From the NCBI RefSeq assembly GCF_009834535.1, contig NC_045697.1, positions 26,662,001 through 26,726,000 on the forward strand: a stretch of 64,000 bases of DNA, read 5' to 3'. A model generated the notes under the pieces. The model was not told where the DNA came from. It ran no database searches and was given only the letters and a program-made list of their open reading frames with translations. Positions 27,177 through 38,085 of the stretch are shown here, piece by piece. Position numbers and translations under genes: made by a program. Position 1 is the first letter of the stretch; the number at the start of each line of letters is the position of its first letter. This stretch comes from Camelus ferus (Eukaryota).

Positions 27177-27320
27177 GGGGGGAAGGGTATAGCTCAGTGG
27201 TAGAGTGTATGCCTAGCTTGCACAAGGTCCTGGGTTCAATCCCCAGTACCTCCATCAAAAATAAATAAATAAATAAACTGAATTACCTATGCCCTAAAAA
27301 AAATTTTTTAATTAAAAATT
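27177..27320 (+). mobile_element. Camelid tRNA-Ala-derived SINE (Vic-1-like) with TSD
   Basis: gggtatagctcagtggtagagtgtatgcctagcttgcacaaggtcctgggttcaatccccagtacctcca plus (aaat)n tail; TSD aaagtcaatgtt 27165-27176 / aaagtcaatatt 27321-27332. Confidence 0.92.
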
Positions 27321-27904
27321 AAAGTCAATATTTAGTCCTGAAAATCAGATATTCTACATAAAGTGCTAACCACAAACCTGTCTTTATTTTAAGGGGCAGA
27401 AAATGTGAAGTTTCAATTTCAATTTAAAAATTTCAATTTAAAAATTCTTCACCAATTTACAGTTTTTCTAAAATAAAACTAAAACATAGTAAAATGTCCA
27501 ATTGTATAACTAATAAATTATGACAGGATATGAAATGTTTAATACATTGTTCCCTGATCATCAATTAATATGGTTGTTAGCAAACAACTGCTTTAAGTCC
27601 AGTGACATAGTCTTCCCAGAAGCCAGGAATTCTGAGTCACACTTGCCCTTTGTTGATATTGGTGCACTTATCAAAATGTCTGCAAGTGAGTCTGAAGTTC
27701 TTTTTATTGCATTTGGAATATAACACATGACTTTTCTTATACAGCAATTTGTTGAAATTTGGGGTATCAGATTGGATGTAAACATAAATTTTTCATGTGT
27801 AAACATCAGCCAGAAAGCCTCATATTGAGAAGTATGACTGTTCTAAGAAGGCATTGTTAAGGAAATTGTTCTGGAAAAACATTAGTAAGAAAGATATTCT
27901 ATGG

Positions 27905-28065
27905 GGTATAATTAAAATAAATTATAATAATTAAACATACCAATTAAAAAAGATTATCAGGCTGGAAATATAAAACAAAATCTAGTTATATGCTGCAGGA
28001 AAAAGACACACCTAAAACGACCACACAGGTGGTTGAAAATAACAGGATAGAAAAGATATACCCTG
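27905..28065 (+). mobile_element. L1ME-like ORF2 start, continuing the 25890-27145 element
   Basis: 'ccaattaaaaaagattatcaggctgg...tatatgctgcaggaaaaagacacacctaaaac'. Confidence 0.7.
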
Positions 28066-28079
28066 AGTATTAAATAATA

Positions 28080-28370
28080 GTAGGTTCTTTTACGAGTGAC
28101 AGAAAAGCCAAAAGGATCATGCTTAACCACGTTGGAAGTTAGCTAGCTTGTCTCTCCTATAAGTGGAGTTTGGAGGTCAGTACCTAGGGCTGACAAGGCA
28201 GCTTCACTCGATGGAATCTTACTTAACCAAAGCTTCTTCCTCTTCACAGCTCTACCACCCCTAGGCTGAGACCCTCACCCTCATGGTCCAATATGGTAGA
28301 ATCTACATTCTAGGTGGCAGGATTGAGGAAGGAATGAAGAGACAAAAAGGATGTGCCATCCATCTTAAGG
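28080..28370 (-). mobile_element. Old MaLR LTR (MLT1-like)
   Basis: 'gagtgacagaaaagccaaa...gcttaacc', 'ctcaccctcatggtccaatatgg'. Confidence 0.5.
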
Positions 28371-28379
28371 AATGTTCCT

Positions 28380-28570
28380 CATGCTTTACACATACAAATC
28401 CACTTAATCCTCAAATAGTCCCAAGAAATGATAAACTGATGTCATTGCAATGCAGAAGGGGAGACTGAGGCACAGAGAGAAATGAGTTGCCCAAGTCACA
28501 TGACTAGTTAAGTGGTACAGAAATAGAACATAGGGTGTCTGACTCCAGAGCTTGTATTGTTAAGCACTCC
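28380..28570 (-). mobile_element. MIR SINE
   Basis: 'gagactgaggcacagagagaaatgagttgcccaagtcacatgactagttaagtgg'. Confidence 0.85.
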
Positions 28571-30707
28571 AATACTGAAAAATAGCTTAATTTCTCTGGA
28601 CCAGCATTCTTTTATCTGTGAAATCAAAAAGATGGTATAGATGGAGGGTTCAAAAACTGATGTCAAGTGTGCCAAATAAGGTCTACAAATGAGTTTTATT
28701 TGTTTTTTTGTTTTGTTTTGTTTTAAAATTCCTTTAAGTAGGACATGCATTACCCAATCTGCCAAGACCTTACTACCTCCCTATACTTTCTTTTATATCA
28801 GCTTTTCTTATCATTACCTTCTGGCACCAAAAGACATTTAAGTTGGAGACACATAGATAAGATGGTTTCCCTTCTAGCTCTACACTGCTATCAAGGGAGG
28901 AAACAGTAATTCTGAGGAACGTTCAGCAAAATCATCCATAGTGTACTTGATTGAGCCTTACGTAAATAAAATAGCTCCAAGAATTACTAGAAACTTCATT
29001 AAAATGAAACAGTTAACAAGGTGTAAACAGCTTGCGTATCCTTTACTAAATTTATATATACTAAATATATATGGCAAACTGCAAACTCTAGAGATTAATA
29101 TGATGTGGTGCTAATATTAGTTTTCAACCCACATTCTATACAATATGGGGACACCCCCAGAATACAACTGGTTAGTAAATAGTCTATCCATTTGCTTTTG
29201 TTTTACTGGTGTTTTTAAAGCAGTTTTAGGTTCACAGAAAAAGAGGGGAAGGTACAGAGATTCCCAAGTTATGCTGACCCAGTGGTTGCTTGTTTCAGGA
29301 CCAATATGCTAATTGAGAGGACTTCTCAATATCTCTGTCTGTGATTGCTTGAGGTTGAGTGAGGCTTTAAAATCTAAACCAACTGCTTCATCTACCAGGT
29401 CATGGCTCTTGCATTCCTTGGTTTGACACTGGCTGTTTGTTTCTTTTCCTAATGGCTATTGTACTTTGTTTCTGGAGCTGTTTGAGTGCAGGCAGAGAGA
29501 AAGAAGGTGGTTAAGTTTACCTACCTTGTGGTTTAGCTATCAAGTGTAACAAAAGGACAAAGGAGCAAGGGAGTGAGAGCATCTTTATAGTGACAAACAT
29601 TAAGTCCACATTGGCAAAGGGGAAAGTGAAGATTAAAAAAAAGGCTGATGGACAGGAACAAATTGGGGAACACATGCTCTGGGAAGGATTGGGTTCCCTG
29701 ATACATCAAAAAAATATTGAAGTATCTTTTTTCTGTGTCCTGGAAATTAGGGTATGGGTGAAAGCATTGAAAGGTAAGCTCTCACAGGAGAAATTATTTG
29801 AATTGATGCTACATTTGCTCTCAGCAGAAATGTTGCAGTTGATTAATCCATAATCAGTAAAATGCTAAGAAGGATGAAAATCACATTGGAAATAAATTAA
29901 TTAACAGACCTTAGATAGTCTAAAAACTGAATCATGATGAGGAAGCAGGTTGTCACTTTTCATTAAGACTTCAAAATTTAAAAAAAAAACTGTTTTCAGA
30001 GACAAGAATGTGCTGCTAAATTCAATACTTCATCAAGAGATGAGGGCATGAAGGAGAACTACTGAAAAGAAAAGAAAAGAAATGAATGTTTTCTCTCCCC
30101 AATCTGTTCCAAATGGAGTCATATAATGATGGATGTTTTAATTTACTTAGCGTGCTCCAAAGAGCAGAAGACAGGTTAATTCCATGCATATTTGCATATT
30201 TAGAAACCATTACTTAAAGAAATAGCACATCATCAAATAGTTAATTCTTATAATGAAATATGATTCCTGAGTTGTGTCATATGATATGAAAGAAAGAAAA
30301 TAAAATAAAACAGGAGGTATAACAGGTTCTAAAACTTTTCATGATGAAGACTTCTAAGTATAAAGTGCATGTGTAATCAAAGCATGTGTATCTGAATAAC
30401 AGTTTAAAATATGAATGAATGTGTCCCACACACCCCCTGTCTCTTCCTATAGCACTTTTTTGGACCACCTGGCCCTTCCCCATTCAAAACTAGATTGATG
30501 TTTAATCTATCCCTTGCCATAGGGTAGATTTTAACAGCTGAACACAGATCACAAGGGAGTCATCTCTGTCATGTTCGAATCATCTAAAGTCTCTTGAAAT
30601 TTACAACAGAGGCACTAGTTTGAAAGAAAAGATGTTCTGAAAATCAAAGCAAAGCCCTGAAGGACCTGAGATATAAAGTTTATGCCATAAAAAATACATT
30701 TGGGAGA

Positions 30708-30916
30708 ATAGATAAAGGCCACGATAACCTTGTCCCCTGAATAAAAATTCTATCAACTAGGAAAGAGGGAGGAGTTGCCAAGGGAAAGAAGAGAGAACAT
30801 ATCTCAGTGTGTCCCTGATAGGGATGCTGTGTCTTACCCCTTACCTGAAGTCCAGAAGCGGTTGAGGAGCTTCACAAAAGTTTATGTAAGTTGTGGGTCT
30901 GTAATTCCAATTACAT
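30708..30916. repeat. Donor copy of a local duplication (A = 30708-30786, B = ~30796-30916)
   Basis: A recurs directly at 32681-32759; B recurs inverted at 32764-~32885. Confidence 0.95.
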
Positions 30917-31699
30917 GTTACATGTATTAGGAATGTTGGATTTTTTAAATCCTCATTTTTATAAGGTTGCAGGTTTGGAGAATTGAAAGCAGAGGTTTGG
31001 AATCTGTGCCTTGCCTTGCAGGGGAAGAAAAGACACCGTATGACTGGGGAACCATCAAAGTGAAAATGACTATAAGATTAGTAGTTAGGCACACACACCT
31101 AAATCATCCTCTTAGAGTTCTCCTGCTTCCCAATGTGGCACAGGAAGAAACAGAACTTTCCTCATGTGGCCAAGAATGATGAGGCTATGGCCTAGAGAGC
31201 TGAGAGCCCTGACCCTTGGAAGGCCTGGTGGTTGAAATCATGACGGCACTGAGGTAATCCACATGGACCAACAAGTGAAGGATAGAGGCTGCTGAGAATG
31301 TCCCAAGGGACACCAGCCTGGTTGCCTTGGGACCAGATGTTCTTTACTTTCTCTCTGCCATATCCTCATTGTCATACCTTGGCACTAAACCAGATCCTCA
31401 AGACTTAGGCAAAATATTGGCATCATGAGGAATAAAGTTAATAATTAACTGAGACAACCAGGAATTGACTATCAAAACCCATAACTTACTTTTTGGAGAA
31501 TTGGAGGACATGAAATAAAAATTAAAATCTTCTTTAGTAAGAAATAAAGTAGATTTTTTTTTTCTGCTCTGGAGTTTGTGCTTGAAAAGTTAATGGCATC
31601 TTCAAGTACACACAAAATCCAGACCAACAGCAGAGATGCATTATGGGGCAGATATTCATTTTTATGAAAAAATTATTTATTTTATAAAATAATGCACCA

Positions 31700-31850
31700 G
31701 ATTTCAATGTATACAAATATTGAATCATTATGTTGTACACCTGAAACTAATATAATGCTATATGTCAATTATACCTTAATTTAAAACTTCAAAAATAAAG
31801 AAGGAATAATGTATATATTATATATATAACAACATCTAAAAATAAATAAA
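31700..31850 (+). mobile_element. Short L1 3' end with TSD
   Basis: 'gaatcattatgttgtacacctgaaactaatataat'; TSD ataaaataatgcacca 31684-31699 / ataaaatactgcacca 31851-31866. Confidence 0.85.
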
Positions 31851-32680
31851 ATAAAATACTGCACCAAGAAATGTTTTTCAAAATTCTTTACTCTAAATGC
31901 ATATAACATATCATTGGAATTATAGAAATGTAATTTATATAAATTTGGGGGAAACTCCTCAGTTATCTAAAGCCTACTTAACAAAACTCAAGCATCCACA
32001 TTCCTACAGAGCTGAGGGAACTCATGCCTCTTTCAGTTAGAATCCAGTCAGAAACATCTGAGGTTAACGTGAGTGAGCAAATGGACAGGCTATGTGCATA
32101 GGAAAGTGGAAGCACTTGCAGAGATGTGATGGTGAAGTTTGAGCCTCCTTTGATGTCATTCAAAAAAAGTTCAGTTGTAGATAGGGAGGAATTCGATTGG
32201 AGGTGAACACTGGAGAACCACATGTGTACCAGCACATGTGTGCAACCATGGGAATAAAACAAAAAGAGAAACAAGGAAATTCTGTTGGAGGTGGAGCGGG
32301 GTTGATTAGCAATCACCGTAGCCTGATGAGTAGGATGAGTTTCTCTCAAGTCCTCATTTTTGGAGCTGTTTCTCCCACCTGCAATGTGAATATGGGTGCT
32401 TGTTCATCAGCTTGATTGCTCGATAAGTTGCAGAAGACAGAGTATGGTCTGGAGAGATCCAGTCATGTTTAGGACTGCCCTTCACCTCCACCAATTAGCC
32501 TCATTGCACCCCTCATTCCCACTTTACTCTTATAAGCTGCTCAGGGCATCACCTGTGAACTTGAGTTCTCTTTCCCAGGGCATAAAATGTGCCAGCAAAG
32601 TTTCAATAACCACCTTATTTCTTTAGTCACAAACTAGGTTTGAGCAAGAGTATGAAATGGAATGAAGTATGGTATGAAGT

Positions 32681-32885
32681 ATAGATAAAGGCCACGATAA
32701 CCTTGTCCCCTGAATAAAAATTCTATAAACTAGGAAAGAGGGAGGAGTTGCCAAGGGAATTGGATGTAATTGGAATTACAGACCCACAATTTACATAAAC
32801 TTTTGTGAAGCTCCGCAACTGCTTCTGGACTTTAGTTGAGGGTAAGACACAACATCCTTATCAGGGACACACTGAGATATGTTTT
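32681..32885. repeat. Rearranged second copy (A direct, then B inverted) of 30708-30916
   Basis: Manual alignment: 78/79 identity for A; about 9 differences in about 121 bp for inverted B. Confidence 0.95.
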
Positions 32886-33038
32886 TCCCTTGCTTCCAGG
32901 CACATAAGATTACAACACTTACTCAAGACACATAGGATGTCCATAAAGTGCAGGACAACAAAACAAGCACATTTAAAGCACTTACTAGTATGAAGGGGAA
33001 AAATGCATTTATATGTGTTTGTGTATATATATGAAATA

Positions 33039-33847
33039 TAGTAAATTCTTTTTATTCGTGGTAATTATGTTTTAGGAAGTCACCATGAACACTGAATTAG
33101 AGAATTGCTTCCAGAGGAGATAAAGTTTAGGTTCCCGTAAGCTTCTGATCACAACATTGTCATCAACTAATCAACACATAACCTTGCTTTATGTATATTT
33201 CTGTTTAAAGACTCCTTTTTAAATATATAATCATCCCTTGGTACCTGCAGGGGATTGGTTCCAGGACCTGGCAGAGATACCAAAATCTAAGGATGCTCTA
33301 TACCCATAGTTGGCTCTCCGTATCCACAGTTCTACATCCACAGAACCAACCAACTAGGGATCTCATAGTACTGTAGTATTTATTATGTAAAAAAACCTGT
33401 ACATAATGTACTCATGCATTTCAAACCCATGTTGTTCAAGGGTTATCTGTATTGCTATGTCAATAATATTGAACTCACAACAGCACAGTACCTTTATCTG
33501 AACAAAGCTTATTAAATGCAGGTATTTTCCCCACTAGGCCTATCATAGCCTTCTTGCACTTAGAAACACTAAGCAGCACTTCAGCACTATATTTGGGGAC
33601 CATTTTAAAGAGCAAGATCACCAACAGGAAAGACAAAAAAATGCTAAAAATGTGGCACTAAATAGACCACACAAAAAGAATGCTTGTTTTCAGTGTGAGA
33701 GCTGAAATAAGAAGGCAGAATATCACCTTATTAAACCTCAACTGGGAACACACAAATCAGGCAATTCAAATTTAGGGGGTTACAAATAAATTTTAGTGAG
33801 AAGGCAAGTTTGCAAGTAGGAAATTTGTGAATAATGAGGATCAACTA
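33039..33847. mobile_element. MER82 TcMar-Tigger element
   Basis: 'gaacactgaattag...gatcacaacatt...cagcacttcagcactatatttggggaccattttaaa...gaataatgaggatcaac'. Confidence 0.85.
33228..33449. mobile_element. MER2/Tigger-derived MITE nested in MER82 at a TA site
   Basis: 'gggattggttccaggacc...gataccaaaatc...ttcaaacccatgttgttcaagggtta'; TA on both sides. Confidence 0.85.
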
Positions 33848-34009
33848 TATTTGAGACTCATAGCTGTTAGTGGATGCAAACCAGGAAGGTGATTTTTTCT
33901 TCATTAATGAGAGAATGAACTGTTGAAAAGTTTTCTTCATTCCTATTTGTATTCAAACTTAGGAATGCTCCAAATGTTTGTAGCAATCTACATATTGTCT
34001 ATCACAGAA

Positions 34010-34460
34010 CATTGCAGAAAGCTTCCCTGGAAACAGACTCTGAGGTAGTGATTTGCATGCACAAGGTGTACCAGGAAATGATTCTGGGATCAACCCCTGT
34101 GGGGAAATGAGGGCACTGGGGTGAGAAAGGAGACACTTACCTGAGGTGAAGTCACAGGGACCCCACAGGGGCAGGAAAGCAGGTAGGGGATGCTGGAGCT
34201 AGAAGGGCCCTCAGAGTTGTCCCACAGTGAAGCAGAGCAGCTGGGTTTTTGCGACTACTCCTATGACAAGTCAGTAGATGCAGGCTGTCCCTCACAAGGA
34301 GCTGTGATGTTAGGTGTGGTAGTTCCCTTCAGCAGATGGCAATTCCTAAAGAGAGACCTAGCTGTATGAAGTCGCAATCACTGTCAGCATTCCCAGCAGT
34401 GGGAGGTGTGGATGCCTGAATCACGCAGGGAGAATGTGGGCAGTATACCCCAACACCTGC
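34010..34460 (-). mobile_element. LTR16-like ERVL LTR
   Basis: 'ttccctggaaacagactctgagg...atttgcatgcac...gggatcaacccctgtgggg'. Confidence 0.65.
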
Positions 34461-34541
34461 AAAACTGTGCCAAGCACAACAGGGCATTTCTAGTGACTTA
34501 GTTCAGGACAGTCTCAATGATTAACAAAGAGATAGAACTAC

Positions 34542-35030
34542 TGGTAGTGACAGAATAATGGCCTCCCCCACAAAGATGTCCATTCCCTAATCCCCAGAAC
34601 TTGTGATTATGTTACTTTACATGGCAAATGGGATGTTGCATATGTGATTATAAAGAAGGAAATGGTTATCTTGGAGAATACAGGTATGTCCAGTGTAACC
34701 ACATGAATCCCTTAAAGTGGAGAACCTTTCCAGGCTGCCCAGAACTGGAGATACGGCAGTATGAGAAGGACTCCATCTGGCGTTGCTGACTTTGAAAATG
34801 AAAGAAGAGGGCCATGAGCCACGGAATGTGGGCGGCCTCTAGAAGCTGAAAAAGGCGGGAAAAAAAAAAAGGATTGTGCCCTAGAGCCTCCAGAAAGGTA
34901 TGCAGCCCTGAATTTTAGCCCAGTGAGACCCATGTTGGACTTTGACATAAAAAACTGTAAGATAATAAATGTGTATTATTTAAGACACCACATTTGTGGT
35001 AATTTGTTACAGCAGCAATGTAAATGCATA
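34542..35030 (+). mobile_element. MLT1D-like MaLR solo LTR
   Basis: 'cagaataatggcctcc...atccccagaacttgtgattatgttactttacatggcaaa...ctagagcctccagaaagg...taatttgttacagcagcaat'. Confidence 0.88.
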
Positions 35031-35479
35031 AATGAGCTATCAAAGTAGTGACTGTTACTCCCAGGCTGAGAGAAAAGGGAGGCACCCGAGTGCACCAAGC
35101 TGCAGAGTGAAGGTGCAGGGACTTCCCAGCAAGCTGTGGAAGTCATCCTGGCAGCTGGCCACTTTTCAGGTGATCTCTTTTTTTTTTTCACTATTGCATC
35201 TCAGTATGCTTCTGGAGCCATTTATTTCCTTTATTTTTCTCTCCCTAAACTGCTCATTACTGAACCTCACAACTGCATAGCCATTATCCGTTTATTTGCT
35301 AGCAGCAAAACCCTGTGTGACTCACAATGGGGCATCCTGGCCCTGCCTAACAGCTGTCCCTTCAGGAAGTCAGGAGAGCCATCTTTCCTGTTGTTCTTCA
35401 TGCCATTAGCCTTCCCTGAAAGGGAACAACTCCCAAAGTCCATGCTAAAATACTGAAGTGCAATTCTGTTACTTGCCCA

Positions 35480-36200
35480 GGAATGTGCCTACCTACTCTA
35501 TGTCTCAACTGGTATTTAATGATGGAAGTAGAACAGTGTACAAGAAAGACACAGTCCTTACCTCCAAAGAACTTAGTGAGAGGTATAGACAAGAGTTTAA
35601 TATAGCATGTATGTTCTTTGATAGAGAAATGCAGGTGTCTAATGACCATGCTGGAGAAGTGGATAATTGCTTATCAGTCAGGGAGGGTTTCTCTGGGGAA
35701 GGGTCACTGAAATTGAGACTTGGAGAATGTATAGAAAATAGCTAGACAAATGGGGTAATAAAAAAAGAGTGTTTCAGGCAGATAGAACATGAACAAGTGC
35801 AGAGGAAATAGTGAAAAATCACCAATGTTTATTGAATGTTGTGCTAAGACCTGTGCTAAGTGCTTTACATACATGATTTCACCTCATTTTCACAACAACC
35901 CAGTGAGGTACACACTATTATTAATTCCATTTTCCATATAGGAAAACTGAGGAACAGTGAGTTTATGGATCTTGCCTAAGATGATACAGCATATAAGTAG
36001 TTGAATATACACTTGAGCCCAGATAATCTGGCCATAGAATCCTCATGTTTAATCAGTATTTTGCACTATTACTGTTGGAGTCCTGAGCAAAAGACACCAT
36101 TGCTTATTGCAAGAACTGAAGTAAGTTCCATACGCTTGGGGCTGAGAATGGTGGAGGCAGGGAATTGGATTCAGTAATGGCAGGAAATGAAGCAGAAGTT
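35480..36200 (-). mobile_element. L2 fragment interrupted by a MIR (~35822-36065)
   Basis: L2 'gtgcctacc...cagtccttacctccaaagaactta'; MIR 'cacaacaacccagtgaggt...ggaaaactgagg'. Confidence 0.7.
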
Positions 36201-36344
36201 TTCATTTATGGCAGATAATCGTGTCCAGTACTCAAGATTTCATCAATGTTTGATGAGGATTTGGAAGCTGTGGGATTCAGTGGGAAGGGCAGAGGTTTTG
36301 GTATCAGCCTTGAGATCCAACCCTCCCTGTTCTGCTTAGTAGTA

Positions 36345-36765
36345 CTGCCATTTACAGCAACATGGATGGACCTAGAGATTATCATAATAAGTGAAATAAG
36401 TCAGACAGAGAAAGACAGATAACATAGGATATCACTTATATGTGGAATCTAAAATATGATACAAATGAACTTATTTACAAAGTAGAAACAGGCTCACAGA
36501 CATAGAAAACAAACTTCGGGTCACCAAAGGGGAAAAGTAGGGGAGGGATAAATTGGGAGTTTGGGATTAACAGATACACATTACTGTATATGAAATAGAT
36601 AAAGAACAAAGACCTACTATATAGCACATGGAACTGTATTTAATATCTTATAATAACCTATAATGGAAAAGAATCTTAAAAAGAATATATATATATATGA
36701 ATCACTTTGCTGTATTCCTGAAACTAACACAATATTGTTTATCAACTATACTCCAATAAAAAAAA
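36345..36765 (+). mobile_element. Artiodactyl-type L1 3' end
   Basis: 'gccatttacagcaacatggatggacctagag...gggagtttgggattaacagatacac...ctgaaactaacacaat...ccaataaaaaaaa'. Confidence 0.92.
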
Positions 36766-37365
36766 GATTCACTCCCCCCCAAAACACCCACAAAAACCAA
36801 TTTAACTTAAGAACATTCTTTAAGCCCTCTGTACATTTTCTTCTGTGCTCCTATCTGTGCCTTGGAGATTAAAATAACAAAGAGTTTTTGTGAGGAGTTC
36901 ATGGTGTAAAGAACCTAAGTTTCTAGCATATAGTCAGTAGAAACCCAAATGTTCAGTTTTCTCCCTCCCCTGTGGAGGGACAGGGCAGACTATATGAATG
37001 TCTCTGCATGATTCAGCCAACACAGAGCAAGAACATGAACAAAAGTGGATGCTGACCCACAAATTTTAAAATATTGCACTGGACTTGAATTTCAAACCTC
37101 AGATTTCATTGAGCCAAAATTTAAACACCAAGGGAAGTGTGGTATGGAGGGAGGCCAGTGTATTAGAATTCAGGAAATGTGTGCTCAACTGTCTGCTCTA
37201 CTGCAAGTAACTGTGGGACCCACTTCTCTGACCTTCAGTCTCCTCATCTGAAATAAAAGCAGGTTGAACCTGATGTCCTCTGTGTACTACTCAGAACTAG
37301 CTTCAAACAGGACTAGAAAAATCAAATTGATCTCTGAATTAAGCTAGGATTTGCAGGTTAAATTT

Positions 37366-37474
37366 AGAAAGGAAGGAAGGAGGGAAGGGAGGGAGGGAGA
37401 GAGAGGGAGGGAGGGAGGGAGAGGGAAAGAAAAGAAAAACAAAGAAAGAAAGAAGAAAGGAAGAAAGGAAGAAA

Positions 37475-37536
<62 letters not shown>

Positions 37537-37790
37537 GAAAGGAAGAAAGAAAGAAAGAAAGAAAGGAAGGAAGAAAGAAAGAGAAAGAAAGAAAGAGAAA
37601 GAAAGAAAGAAAGAACGAAAGAAGAAAGAAGAAAGAAAGAAGCCCTAGAAAAAAGAAAGAGAGAAAGAGAGAAAGCTCCCGCCCCACCCTCCCGCCCTCC
37701 CTCCCCCCCTCAAGAGCCCCTCCCGTCCGGACAGAAGGAAGGAGGAAGAAGGAGAATGGTCAGGCGGAAGGAAGGAGGGAAGAAAGAATT
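37366..37790 (+). repeat. Compound (GGAA/GGGA/GAAA)n purine tract with an embedded C-rich block (37676-37730)
   Basis: Directly visible in the sequence. Confidence 0.95.
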
Positions 37791-37859
37791 TAAATACTTT
37801 TTAAACAAATGAAAAAAGAAACTTATAACAGATATAAGCTTCTTGGGAGCCACATAGAA

Positions 37860-38085
37860 AGCATGCAGGAAGATAAGATGTAGGAGCTTTGATGTGAGAG
37901 AGACGTACATCCTAATTTGCTCTCTATGGTTTGCTGAATTTATCATCCAAAGTAAATCATTACCTCTTTAAATTTGTTTCTTCATCTATAAAATGAAAAT
38001 GCTAACGTTCCTTCATAGAGTTGTGTTCAGGGAAGAAAAAAAATCCATTTATCACGTTTCTCCGAGAAATATTAAACACTCCTTC
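37860..38085 (+). mobile_element. MIR SINE
   Basis: 'ttgtttcttcatctataaaatgaaaatgcta...catagagttgtg'. Confidence 0.7.

Noticed and set aside
27177..27256. tRNA-Ala-like gene (also 21873-21945)
   Set aside because: A-rich tail, TSD and stem mismatches identify these as SINEs, not tRNA genes.
27561..27806. 81-aa minus-strand ORF within the unique insertion
   Set aside because: No recognisable domain; the length is expected by chance.
37351..37812. 153-aa K/E/R-rich ORF and antisense F/L/S-rich ORF
   Set aside because: Translations of the (GAAA)n microsatellite, which lacks stop codons.
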